From: Promethearchaeota archaeon Loki_b32
GTDB lineage: Archaea; Asgardarchaeota; Lokiarchaeia; Sigyniarchaeales; SOKP01
DNA length: 64,000 bases
NCBI GenBank assembly: GCA_005223125.1
Contig: NJBH01000005.1
Span: 126,780 to 190,779 of the forward strand
Direction of reading: 5' to 3'
Every line of letters begins with the position of its first letter. Positions within the stretch are counted from its first letter, which is position 1. The notes under the pieces were generated by a model, which was not told the DNA's origin, ran no database searches, and saw only the letters and a program-made list of their open reading frames with translations. The position numbers and the translations under genes were made by a program. Below are positions 48,944 to 58,329 of the stretch, one piece after another.

Positions 48944-50182
48944 ATGGCTTATGATTTGATAATTGTTGGAGGAGGTCCAGGCGGGGCTACTGCCGCAAAG
49001 ATTGCAGCAGAAAATGGTTTAAATGTTTTACTACTTGAAGCTGGCGAGGAAGGGCGATATAAATGCTGTGCTGGTGGCATTCCTGTCACAAATGAAGATT
49101 TCACGCCAATTCCCCACAGTGTTGGTGAACGTGAAATTACGGGCGGAGTTATAGTAACCCCTAAAAATGGACCTATGGAATTCAATGCAACAGAAGAAAA
49201 GGATAAGGGGTACTGCATGTTTCGTACGGATTTCGACAGATTTCTTGTAGATATTGCCCGTGACGCTGGTGCTCAGGTTACATACGGATTTCGAGCTAAA
49301 GGAATTGAGATCAATAGCGGAGGGGTACTCATAAAAGGACACGAAGAGTATCGAAGTAAATGCGTAATTCTTGCAACTGGTCTTGGGGGAGCACATCTCC
49401 AGAGAGGTCTTGGAATGGAAGTTCCACCCATGATAACTGGAATACAAGCAGAGTTTGCGATCCCTGAATCGGCTATTACAGAACAATTCGGCAACCGAGT
49501 TTGGGAATTCTTCGATCGCACCATAAGTGAACATGGTGTCGCTTGGGCATTTCCTAAGCGGGACGCAGTGAGTATTGGCATATTAGGTAGAAACATAAAG
49601 ATAAGGGATTTTAAATCCTTCCTCCGTTATTCATTCATAAAGGATAAGCTTAACGGGAGAGAGATGAAAGTGTTTGGATGTCATAAGATCTGGGCAGCAC
49701 CTATTCCCGATAAGTTAATCGCGAAGCCCTATCGTGATCGTGTTATGATTATCGGAGATGCGTGTGGAACTGCAGACCCGATCTTATATGAAGGAATCTA
49801 CCAAGCCCGATTATCTGGCAAACTTGCAGCGGAAATATTCTGCAAAGCTTATGAAGAGGAAGATTTCGGGGAAAATAGTCTTTCGAGATATCACAATCTC
49901 CTGTTAAAGCACCTTTATAAAGAAGAATTGAGATATTCTTACAAAATTCATACCCTTTTATATCATAGTGGATTCTTAGAGAAAATTATCAATGCTGCGT
50001 ATTCGATGGCACAGGAAGATCCTGAAATGATGCAATCAATGATTGCGTTGTTTACAAGAAGTCAAACTAGAAAACAAATTTGGAAGGTGATGTTATCCCG
50101 TAAGCGAAAGCTTATTAAGCATTTGGGAATCTCAAGTAGCTTACGTTTAATTCCAACATTATTTCGCGCTTCACGTATTTAG
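48944..50182 (+). CDS. Geranylgeranyl reductase family flavoprotein
   Basis: GGGPGG, KCCAGG, RTDFD, AWAFPK, GDA, EGI. Confidence 0.88.
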   Translation: MAYDLIIVGGGPGGATAAKIAAENGLNVLLLEAGEEGRYKCCAGGIPVTNEDFTPIPHSVGEREITGGVIVTPKNGPMEFNATEEKDKGYCMFRTDFDRFLVDIARDAGAQVTYGFRAKGIEINSGGVLIKGHEEYRSKCVILATGLGGAHLQRGLGMEVPPMITGIQAEFAIPESAITEQFGNRVWEFFDRTISEHGVAWAFPKRDAVSIGILGRNIKIRDFKSFLRYSFIKDKLNGREMKVFGCHKIWAAPIPDKLIAKPYRDRVMIIGDACGTADPILYEGIYQARLSGKLAAEIFCKAYEEEDFGENSLSRYHNLLLKHLYKEELRYSYKIHTLLYHSGFLEKIINAAYSMAQEDPEMMQSMIALFTRSQTRKQIWKVMLSRKRKLIKHLGISSSLRLIPTLFRASRI

Positions 50183-50408
50183 CTTATTTATTAATCACCT
50201 ATATGGCAAAGAAGACGACAGTTTCTTAATTATATTACAAACTAATCCCAATACTGTAAAGTGTGTTTGAGATAATATAAGACATCAGGAGTCCTTTTTT
50301 TAAACCTTAAATTAAAGAGAAATAAGCAGATTGTAATGTATAAGAAATTTAGAAAAATTTAAATCCCATATTATATATGCTTAGCATGGTGAAAGACACA
50401 ATTTTAAA

Positions 50409-50921
50409 TTGGTGATTACTAAAATTAATGAAAATAAGATCCAAAAAAATGATGAAATAGTATATGAAGAATGGGTTCCAGCTGGAAGATTTGTAAAAGT
50501 TGTAGTGCTATTTGTATGTTTATTAATTATTTCTATCGGTATTATAATTACTGCTTTCAAACCCAAAGAATTGGTATTTATCGGGATTATACTTGGTGCT
50601 GTAAGTCTGTTTATTTTTCTTATGTATTGGAACTACAGAGGACTAAAAATCACCTTAACCAATAACCAACTTGAAGTAGCATATGGCATTTTTAACCATA
50701 AGAAAATTCCCTTAAACGCAATAACAAGTTGTGAGATAACTAAAGCTTATTTTAGAACTTACTTGGGAGTAGGAATTCGATTTGGAAGAGATGGTTCATG
50801 GGCTTATAACACAGATTTCGGAGAGGCTGTAAAATTAACACTTCAATCTGGCAGACCATTTGTATTCTCTACAAGAAATCCGCAAAAAATATGCGATTTA
50901 ATAAAGGAATTATCAAATTAA
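50409..50921 (+). CDS. 2-TM membrane protein with bacterial PH-like domain
   Basis: Two TMs, then KIPLNAI...GVGIR...FVFSTRNP. Confidence 0.7.
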   Translation: MVITKINENKIQKNDEIVYEEWVPAGRFVKVVVLFVCLLIISIGIIITAFKPKELVFIGIILGAVSLFIFLMYWNYRGLKITLTNNQLEVAYGIFNHKKIPLNAITSCEITKAYFRTYLGVGIRFGRDGSWAYNTDFGEAVKLTLQSGRPFVFSTRNPQKICDLIKELSN

Positions 50922-51001
50922 AAATAACTTTTAGACTAAAATCTTATGTAATGAATGTAAATCGTCTAATAATTACTTCATTTTTAGCATTTGTGATAAT
51001 A

Positions 51002-51329
51002 TCATGAAGTTAACTTACATGGATTATTTAGCTTAGATACATATTTTTTTAGATTACTATTGAGTATTTCTCTGATTTTTTTCGGATCTCTTGGATGTAT
51101 TTTAATATATACTACACGACTCTTTTTCTGAAGACTTTTTTTTATTTAGCTGTAGAAAATCAGAATCTAAGGTGATAATAATAGCTTTTTCTTTTAAAGC
51201 TAGCTTTGCTACTTCTCCATTCTGAATGCATAACATATCGAAATCGTGTAAAGTGAAAACATCAAAACCTAAATCATGAATTACATCTTTTATAGAAATA
51301 GGAACATTCTCATCAAGAAGAAACTTCAA
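51002..51329 (-). pseudogene. DUF5615 PIN-like toxin frameshifted at an A8 run
   Basis: MKFLLDENVP...ITLDSDF; removing one base of 51136-51143 restores KSLQKKSRVVYIKIHPRDP... to the stop at 51002. Confidence 0.75.
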
Positions 51330-51332
51330 GGG

Positions 51333-51575
51333 TTAAACCTCTTTACTAATAATCGCATCAATGTCAACATTTGCAAGGTTTTCATTTGCATCCTTCCCTA
51401 TATTTAGGATAGTTACAATAACATCCCGATTCAAATGGGGGTATTCCTTTAAAATTTCGGAAATAGAATAGTTCAATCCGATTAATTCATAAATTAAAGC
51501 AACTGGAATTCTGGTTCCTTTAATGATAGGTTTTCCTCCCAGAATTTCTGGATTACTTTCAATAATATCTGGCAT
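51333..51575 (-). CDS. DUF433 antitoxin
   Basis: PEILGGKPIIKGTRIPV...EYPHL. Confidence 0.9.
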   Translation of the reverse strand: MPDIIESNPEILGGKPIIKGTRIPVALIYELIGLNYSISEILKEYPHLNRDVIVTILNIGKDANENLANVDIDAIISKEV

Positions 51576-51668
51576 TTTCTATAATACTATATAGTTAAAT
51601 AGATTTGAATATATATTGGAAAATGGTTTAAATTATCAAGTTATCAAAAATTAGGGTTAATTTCTTCA

Positions 51669-51992
51669 TTACTTAATTTCTTCAAATAGCTTTTTAGATC
51701 GCTTCAAATCCTCTTCCATTTCAGGATCAGCTAAAGAAGGGGCTTGAATCTTTTCACGTTCAACATATTCCATCATTTTATAAATCGATACTTTTGCTAA
51801 AGTAGCCGCCTCTGCCATGCTTACTAATCCCTTCCGATATTTCTCACCACTCTCTTTTAATCGATATTCTTGAATTTGGGCAAGAAGAAATTTTCGAATT
51901 AGAGATGAACGATCTATGCGTTCTCTTTCAGAGATCTCGTTTAATTCTTCAACTTCCTTCTCATCTAATCTAGTTGAAACAACATAAGTCAT
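51669..51992 (-). CDS. Antitoxin, RHH + UPF0175
   Basis: VVSTRL, DRSSLIRK, VSMAEAA. Confidence 0.85.
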   Translation of the reverse strand: MTYVVSTRLDEKEVEELNEISERERIDRSSLIRKFLLAQIQEYRLKESGEKYRKGLVSMAEAATLAKVSIYKMMEYVEREKIQAPSLADPEMEEDLKRSKKLFEEIK

Positions 51993-52495
51993 TTTTTATT
52001 TTCCTCCATTTCTTGAAGTTTTTTCATATAGAACAAAATGGATTTTGGTTTTGTTGCGTTTACTGATTCTAATTTATTTAATATTCGTAAAAAATCCTTT
52101 TTTGTTAATCGGTTTTGATTTAACTTTTTAAAATAGAAGTTATCAATCCTCATTGCTTTTAAATTCTCATTAAGGAATTTCTTATAGGCCTTATCGTCAG
52201 ATGTCAGACAAATTCCTTCTTCCATCGCTAACAGATAACAACTAGTTTCTCCAGGATCAATAAAGCGGAATAAGTCTTTTGATACTTCAATAGATATGAC
52301 AGGAACTCTGTTTTCGTTTAAAATTTCTTCAGCTTCAATAGCATCAGGATAATTATTTGCTTTACCATTAATTACCACTTCTTGATATACGCTCGAATCT
52401 ATTACAACTGGAAACTCCACTATTTCCATAAAAAGATTGAACAATTTTGCTTTAATTAAGTATATCAGAGTACACGCATCTAAAATCCATCTCAT
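51989..52495 (-). CDS. PIN/VapC-like toxin
   Basis: ILDACTLI, GETS, TSDD. Confidence 0.85.
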   Translation of the reverse strand: MRWILDACTLIYLIKAKLFNLFMEIVEFPVVIDSSVYQEVVINGKANNYPDAIEAEEILNENRVPVISIEVSKDLFRFIDPGETSCYLLAMEEGICLTSDDKAYKKFLNENLKAMRIDNFYFKKLNQNRLTKKDFLRILNKLESVNATKPKSILFYMKKLQEMEENKK

Positions 52496-52604
52496 TATAA
52501 AAATATATACATCAGCATATTTATAAAACTTACGATTGTATACAATAAATATAACTTAAAAGTTATGTTGATCTAAAAGCTACAATTCTTACATTCATAT
52601 CTAT

Positions 52605-52655
52605 ATTTTTTAATTGTGGTTAATTGGAATTATTTATGCCTAAGGGGAAGATCCA
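52605..52655 (+). repeat. 51-bp direct repeat, copy 1 (copy 2 at 53663-53713)
   Basis: attttttaattgtggttaattggaattatttatgcctaaggggaagatcca; 5 mismatches to copy 2. Confidence 0.85.
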
Positions 52656-52791
52656 GCAAATAATCCAAGAGAAATTTGAGCTTAAACAAAACTTAGAAAA
52701 TACTTCATAAGAAATATAAAGATAAAAAAAAAGTAATACTACGAAATGATAACAAAAAGATATAAATGCTAGCGATGCTACATTTAAATTA

Positions 52792-53319
52792 ATGACAAAA
52801 TTTGTTTTTGATGCTTGTTCACTAATATATTTGACTAAAATTAACTTAAAGGAAAAACTTACTAAATTAGGAGAAGTTATTGTTAGTCAAACTGTAAAAA
52901 ATGAATTAGTAGAAGAGATTGACCAATTTGAAGATGCAAAGACATTGAATAGAAATATAATAAAAAAAAAAATCAGGGAAAGTAGTTATAAATTAAAGAA
53001 TCTTTTCACAACTAAAAATTTAGGAAAAGGCGAAAAAGATACCATAGAAATATGCCTAAAAGATGAGGGCGCTCTTGTAACTGATGATCATAAAGCTTTA
53101 AATCTAGCTTTAAGTATAGGTTTAAAACCTAAAACTTCTGAAGTAATTTTATTAGATCTTCTTAAAAAATCTATTATTGATTATGAGAACTTTACAAAAT
53201 CATTCGAGGCGCTTGCTCTTATTAAAGCATTAAAACCAGAAGTTGTAAAATTCTTCTATAAAAAAGCAAAAGAAATTATTAAAAATAATATAAATAACTC
53301 AACGGAGGAAATTAAATGA
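52792..53319 (+). CDS. PIN/VapC-like toxin
   Basis: FDACSLI, GEKDTI, TDD. Confidence 0.85.
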   Translation: MTKFVFDACSLIYLTKINLKEKLTKLGEVIVSQTVKNELVEEIDQFEDAKTLNRNIIKKKIRESSYKLKNLFTTKNLGKGEKDTIEICLKDEGALVTDDHKALNLALSIGLKPKTSEVILLDLLKKSIIDYENFTKSFEALALIKALKPEVVKFFYKKAKEIIKNNINNSTEEIK

Positions 53320-53603
53320 CCAAACAAATGAATTTGAGATTAGATGAAGATTTAATCAAGGAATTTGAGGAGCTTGCTGAACAAGAAAATTTAGATCGAT
53401 CAGCATTAGTAAGAAAAATCTTAATTGAAGGATTACAGCAAGAGCGTTTAAATTTTGCTCTCCAAAAATATATGATAAAGGAAATCTCCATTGAACGTGC
53501 GGCAGAAATTGCAAGAATTTCTTTGCACGATCTCATTATAAAGATGTCTCAACTTGGTATTCCCTCTAATTTAACTATGGATGACTTTGAAAAAATCTTA
53601 TGA
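53316..53603 (+). CDS. Antitoxin, RHH + UPF0175
   Basis: QMNLRL, DRSALVRK, ISIERAAEI; ATGA overlap. Confidence 0.85.
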   Translation: MTKQMNLRLDEDLIKEFEELAEQENLDRSALVRKILIEGLQQERLNFALQKYMIKEISIERAAEIARISLHDLIIKMSQLGIPSNLTMDDFEKIL

Positions 53604-53662
53604 GATAATTTTTTAGAGAGGATGAAGGGAACAGAATGAGCGAAAAAGAGAAAATTATTCAC

Positions 53663-53713
53663 ATTTTTTAGTTGTGGTTAATTGGAATTATCTATGCTTA
53701 AGAGTAAGATCCA
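53663..53713 (+). repeat. 51-bp direct repeat, copy 2
   Basis: attttttagttgtggttaattggaattatctatgcttaagagtaagatcca. Confidence 0.85.
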
Positions 53714-53860
53714 ATAAATTTATAGATGAACAAGATAAAGATGACGACGAAAAGGTTGAATAGTTGACATTGATAATAAAGTTAAAAGAGTTATATATAT
53801 AAAGTAAAAGAAAAAGTGAAAATTAATAATTTAATGGTAGATACTTCATCGCAGCTTTTT

Positions 53861-54016
53861 TTAGCTTTTCTCTCTTTCAAAGACCAAGTAAAATGAAGCA
53901 GCTAATTTTAATTCCCAGCCCTCTATTGCCTGAGCATTTAAGATCTTTTCGAATTCTTTTGCATGTTTTGCGTTGCGGTAGATATCACCGACAGTTTCCA
54001 CCTTATATTCTTTCAA
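53861..54016 (-). CDS. DUF4177-like small protein (51 aa)
   Basis: Below ORF-track cutoff; AGGTGA SD, TTG start; MKEYKV...LNAQAIEGWEL...LVFERE. Confidence 0.75.
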   Translation of the reverse strand: MKEYKVETVGDIYRNAKHAKEFEKILNAQAIEGWELKLAASFYLVFEREKS

Positions 54017-54100
54017 TTTTATTATCACCTAACAATTTTGACGTTATTTAATCTAAATTTGGGGCTCTTATTATTTAATTGTTAACATATTTTCTTTACA

Positions 54101-54165
54101 CAAAATTAAGCTAAAACTAGATAAAAATATTTAGATGTAATTTCATACAATATCCTAAAGATTAA
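54101..54165 (+). repeat. 65-bp imperfect direct repeat, copy 1 (copy 2 at 54845-54909)
   Basis: caaaattaagctaaaactagataaaaatatt...aatatcctaaagattaa. Confidence 0.75.
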
Positions 54166-54192
54166 TTTCCAATAAAAAGATGATTTTTCATT

Positions 54193-54858
54193 ATGACTGA
54201 AGATGCATTAAAAGCTCGAATCAGAGAATTAGAGGAAGAACTTAAGAGAAAAGATGAAGAAACCAATGTTAATCTTGATAGAATTGGAGAACTTGAAGAA
54301 ATTATAATGAGATTAGAGGCGCTTATCCCAGAGGAAGATGAAAAAAAGAAGAGCAGAAAAAGGAAAGTGTGGGATTCAAAACTGGCTATTGAACTCGATG
54401 AAAAAAATAAACTAATTAGAAAATTAAAGGATGAAATGGGTTTCTTAAGAAAAGAAAAAATACGACTCCAACGAGAATTAGAAAAAATTAAATCCGCTAA
54501 CAAGGACTCATCTGTTATTAGAGTTGAGGATTTAAGAAGTGAACTACCCCTAAATGACTTAGTAAAAGAATTACAAGATACAGTGAGTAAACAGAGATCG
54601 TTAATTAATAAATTTAAAACTAATAAAGTTGATAACAAAGATATCCTTGAAAAATCGAGAGTTAAAGATGAAGAAATTGAAATTTTAAAGTCAGAAATCT
54701 CACAATTAAAGCAAAAATTAAAAGATTTTAGTCCAATTTCTAATGATAAAAGTGATGATTTCATAACTAAAAAATTAATTGAAGATCTCCAACAAGAACT
54801 AAATAAGACTAAAAGACAAGTTAGTGATTTAAAACAAAAACTAGCAAAATTAAGTTAA
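54193..54858 (+). CDS. Long coiled-coil protein (possibly truncated at the repeat)
   Basis: Continuous E/K/L heptads; stop codon lies inside repeat copy 2. Confidence 0.8.
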   Translation: MTEDALKARIRELEEELKRKDEETNVNLDRIGELEEIIMRLEALIPEEDEKKKSRKRKVWDSKLAIELDEKNKLIRKLKDEMGFLRKEKIRLQRELEKIKSANKDSSVIRVEDLRSELPLNDLVKELQDTVSKQRSLINKFKTNKVDNKDILEKSRVKDEEIEILKSEISQLKQKLKDFSPISNDKSDDFITKKLIEDLQQELNKTKRQVSDLKQKLAKLS

Positions 54859-54909
54859 AACTAGATAGAAATATTAATGCAAAATTTTATAAAATATCTT
54901 GAAGATTAA
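54845..54909 (+). repeat. 65-bp imperfect direct repeat, copy 2
   Basis: caaaattaagttaaaactagatagaaatatt...aatatcttgaagattaa. Confidence 0.75.
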
Positions 54910-54981
54910 AATTGACTTTTATGTATATTTTATAATATCCAAATTTATAAAACACTAAAGCAAATAAAGAACATTTAGATT

Positions 54982-57669
54982 ATGAAAGAGGTCAACAATT
55001 TTATAAATTTAAAGGAGAGAGAGGTTAAAAAGAGGTTAAAAGAGTTAAAGGACTTAGGTGTTAAACTAGAAGAATTAGGTGTTGAAATTAGTTGGAATAC
55101 ATTTATTGAATCTGTAGATCAACACACTAAGGCTAAAATTAAGGGAAATTATTTAATACCGTACGCTCGATATTTAGAAAATAGACTACGTGATTTAGTA
55201 ACCATACTGGGTAGGTTTCACGGGAAAATACAAATAATTAAAGCTGAATTAACAAGGTTAGAAATGAATTTTCATAAACGAGAGAAAAGTGTGAAACCTA
55301 CTCCAAGCGTATATGAAAGGATTGATGATAAAGTAGATATAAATTATATTCAAGGTCTTGAAAGAAGATTACATAATTTCTATGATAAAATACAATTATC
55401 GAAAGCTAAAATTGAAAAATTACATATTGATCTTTCGAAAGAAAGGGCTTCTAGAAAGAAAAGATTAGAGTTTAAAATCAATGATTTTTTAACACTAAAA
55501 TTAGAAAATAATAGAACTTTCATTTACATTAAAGGAAAGAAGTTTATCCAATGTATACGACTTTTTCTGGAAATTCAACCCCAAGAAAGCGATTTATATG
55601 AAGAAGTAGAATCCATTGATGAAGCAACAGAGATATTTGAACAAACACTTTGGGAAAATAAAATTGTTGAGGGTCCAATGGCACAACCGTCTCGTTTCCA
55701 AAATAAAACTATAACTCCCGAACAAGAATTTTGGGGGCATTGTTCAAATATCCAAACGTGGGCGGAACATGATTATGACACAAGGCTCATACACAGTAAT
55801 TTAGTATTTCAGTTATTAAAACAATTGGCATTTGCTGGAGATCCTAAAGCAAAAGCAATATTTAAGGAAGAGATTGCTATTCGCTTTGAAACGGGATATT
55901 TTTCTGTTGTCGCTTATCTTTTAGAGCAGGAATATCTACATTTCCTAGATAAAGATGAATTAAAAACGCTTTTAGAAAATAATCCGGACATGGAGGACCG
56001 CTTTTTAGAGAACAAAAGTGTTTTGGTTGGTTATGGGTCTCTTTTTTTAAAAATAGGAAATTACCTTAAAGCAGTCAAAATGCTTAAAAAATCTTTAAAA
56101 ATTGATTCAAAATCAGTAGAAGCCCTTTTTTTAATTGGGATTGCTTATGGAATTCTCGGAGATCATCGTAAAGCTTCTCAATCATTTAGACAGATAATTC
56201 AGATTTTTAATAATATTGGTAGGCGTGATCACTTAGCTAAAATACATTATTTGAGGATTTATTTTGAATTAGCATGTTATGGACTTGCTCTTTCAATAGC
56301 GCACCTGAATGAATATGATGAAATATTTAATTTTCATGTATCATTATTAAAAAAACCTAAAACTCTACCTCAAATACATAAAACGGTTATTGACGTACTT
56401 AGACGATTGCTTGGGGAATTTCCGATAATAATATTACAACTGATAGAAAGTGGATATATTTATTATATGAGTGAAGATGAATTGAGAGAGATCTTAGAGA
56501 ATGTAAAAAATCTCCCACCTCCTCAACTTGATGATGAATTTTCTTTGATGAACTATGGATTAGTAAATATTATCATTGGTGATTTCATCAAAGCTAAATA
56601 TGTATTAAAAGATATACTGAGCAAATATGACAATAAAAATCCTATTTTAGCTCTTTGTTTACTTGGAATTGCATATGGTAGTTTAAATCAACATGAAAAA
56701 GCCATGCAATCATTTAGAAAGGCACTAGATATAAATGATAAATATGATATAGCTTGGTTTGGACTTGGATTATCGTATAAACGTTCGGAGGAGTATATTA
56801 GATTAATTAAATTATTGATTCCAGAGCATTCTCTCCGTTTTTCTAAGATTCTCAATGCTGAGATTTTCAATTCTAGGACTTTTAAGACCAATAATGATTT
56901 ATATAAAAAGTGGCATGAGAAAACTATTAGGACTCTTGAATATTTCATACAAAAAAATCCCTGCAATGCAGTAGCATGGGCAGATCTTGTTACAATTTAT
57001 CATAATTCAGGAATAAAAAAGTTTTATTCGAATAATTTGTTATTAGCGTTTAAATCCTTCTTAAATGGGTTTAAATGGTATGAATTACAGAGCGTAAGAA
57101 TTAAACAACCTCCAATTAGTAATATCAAAAAAGAAAATTGGAAGAATCAATCAAGAATGAAGAAGAAAGAAAGAAGAAGAAGGAAGAAGATTGAAGAAAG
57201 AGGAAGAAGAAAGAATCAAGAATATGATTACACGTTTAAATTTCTTCTATGCGGTGAACCCCAATTCGCTAGAACAGCCTTTATTCACCAATTCATTACA
57301 GGTACATATGCACCAGCTATGAAAATGACTATTGGTGTAGATTTCTATTCAAAACTCTTGGAAATCAATGGGAAAAAAATAAAACTCCAAATTTGGGATT
57401 TTGGTAGGGAGAAAAGGTTTAGATTTTTATTATCTAATTATGTTCGGGGCGCTAATGTTGTTATAATGATGTATGATATTAATGACGCAAAACATTTAAA
57501 AAACGTTTCTGAAGTCGTTGAGATTGTACGTAAAAATGCTGAAGATATTCCAATCTTTTTGGCATCCCCCGAATCACACTCTAAAGAAGGAAAACTTAGG
57601 GAAATAATACCAGGTAGGGAACCCCCCTTCGAATTGATCACCAAAAGAATACTTGAGCGTATTGAATGA
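54982..57669 (+). CDS. Multidomain protein: coiled coil + PEQEFWGHCSN domain + TPRs + degenerate Rab-like GTPase
   Basis: TPR motifs (ALFLIGIAYG, AMQSFRKAL, AWFGLG); YDYTFK, TIGVDF, KLQIWDFG, RFRFL; P-loop GEPQFART is degenerate. Confidence 0.85.
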   Translation: MKEVNNFINLKEREVKKRLKELKDLGVKLEELGVEISWNTFIESVDQHTKAKIKGNYLIPYARYLENRLRDLVTILGRFHGKIQIIKAELTRLEMNFHKREKSVKPTPSVYERIDDKVDINYIQGLERRLHNFYDKIQLSKAKIEKLHIDLSKERASRKKRLEFKINDFLTLKLENNRTFIYIKGKKFIQCIRLFLEIQPQESDLYEEVESIDEATEIFEQTLWENKIVEGPMAQPSRFQNKTITPEQEFWGHCSNIQTWAEHDYDTRLIHSNLVFQLLKQLAFAGDPKAKAIFKEEIAIRFETGYFSVVAYLLEQEYLHFLDKDELKTLLENNPDMEDRFLENKSVLVGYGSLFLKIGNYLKAVKMLKKSLKIDSKSVEALFLIGIAYGILGDHRKASQSFRQIIQIFNNIGRRDHLAKIHYLRIYFELACYGLALSIAHLNEYDEIFNFHVSLLKKPKTLPQIHKTVIDVLRRLLGEFPIIILQLIESGYIYYMSEDELREILENVKNLPPPQLDDEFSLMNYGLVNIIIGDFIKAKYVLKDILSKYDNKNPILALCLLGIAYGSLNQHEKAMQSFRKALDINDKYDIAWFGLGLSYKRSEEYIRLIKLLIPEHSLRFSKILNAEIFNSRTFKTNNDLYKKWHEKTIRTLEYFIQKNPCNAVAWADLVTIYHNSGIKKFYSNNLLLAFKSFLNGFKWYELQSVRIKQPPISNIKKENWKNQSRMKKKERRRRKKIEERGRRKNQEYDYTFKFLLCGEPQFARTAFIHQFITGTYAPAMKMTIGVDFYSKLLEINGKKIKLQIWDFGREKRFRFLLSNYVRGANVVIMMYDINDAKHLKNVSEVVEIVRKNAEDIPIFLASPESHSKEGKLREIIPGREPPFELITKRILERIE

Positions 57670-57760
57670 AAAATAATATAGAAAAAAGAATTATTAACGT
57701 AAAGTTTAGTTTCTTAAAAATCTGAAAGTATAATAATTATTAACTTAATAAAAAGTAGAG

Positions 57761-58321
57761 ATGCCTTATCCGGAAGATTTTCTAAAGCGAATGGGAGCAG
57801 TCAATTCTGATATTCAAGGTTCCGCCATAGTAAGTGTCCAAGGATTTCCGATATGTTCTGTTCTTGCAAGAGACGTAAATGATGGAATCGTTTCAGCGAT
57901 GAGTGCTGCAATTCTAAGTGTCTCTGAACGCACTTTAAAGGAACTAGCTCGCGGAGATTTAAAGAGAATTCTCGTAGATGGTGCTGATGGAAAAATTATT
58001 TTGTCAAAAGTGGGCTCTAAGGCTATATTATGCACTCTAGCGAAAAGTGATGCCTCACTTGGTATGGTTTTTTTAAATATCCAAAGTGTTTCTAAAAAAT
58101 TAGCTGAAATATTAGATGGTGATGATGAGGACGATTATGGATATATAACATCATATCCCTATATTCCGCCTGGTCCTCCAGGTGCGGGTAGTGTTGCTGT
58201 CCGAAAAGAAAAACCTACTGAATTAGAAAAAGATGCCGAATTTGAGCCTTACTGCAAGCACTGTGGTGCCAAACTCGCAGAAGGACAAACAATTTGTCAT
58301 GTATGTAGAAAAAAAGTTTAG
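57761..58321 (+). CDS. Roadblock/LC7 protein with Pro-rich linker and zinc ribbon
   Basis: SAIVSVQGFPICS, SAMSAAILSVSER, LGMVF; YPYIPPGPPG; CKHC...CHVC. Confidence 0.9.
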   Translation: MPYPEDFLKRMGAVNSDIQGSAIVSVQGFPICSVLARDVNDGIVSAMSAAILSVSERTLKELARGDLKRILVDGADGKIILSKVGSKAILCTLAKSDASLGMVFLNIQSVSKKLAEILDGDDEDDYGYITSYPYIPPGPPGAGSVAVRKEKPTELEKDAEFEPYCKHCGAKLAEGQTICHVCRKKV

Positions 58322-58329
58322 GATTTGTT

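Noticed and set aside
44300-54200. CRISPR array or integron attC array in the TA island
   Set aside because: The repeats come as unrelated pairs, not a regularly spaced family; no cas or intI gene seen
57150-57215. (GAA/AGA)n purine-rich tract
   Set aside because: Encodes a K/R/E-rich linker before the GTPase domain; not an independent repeat element
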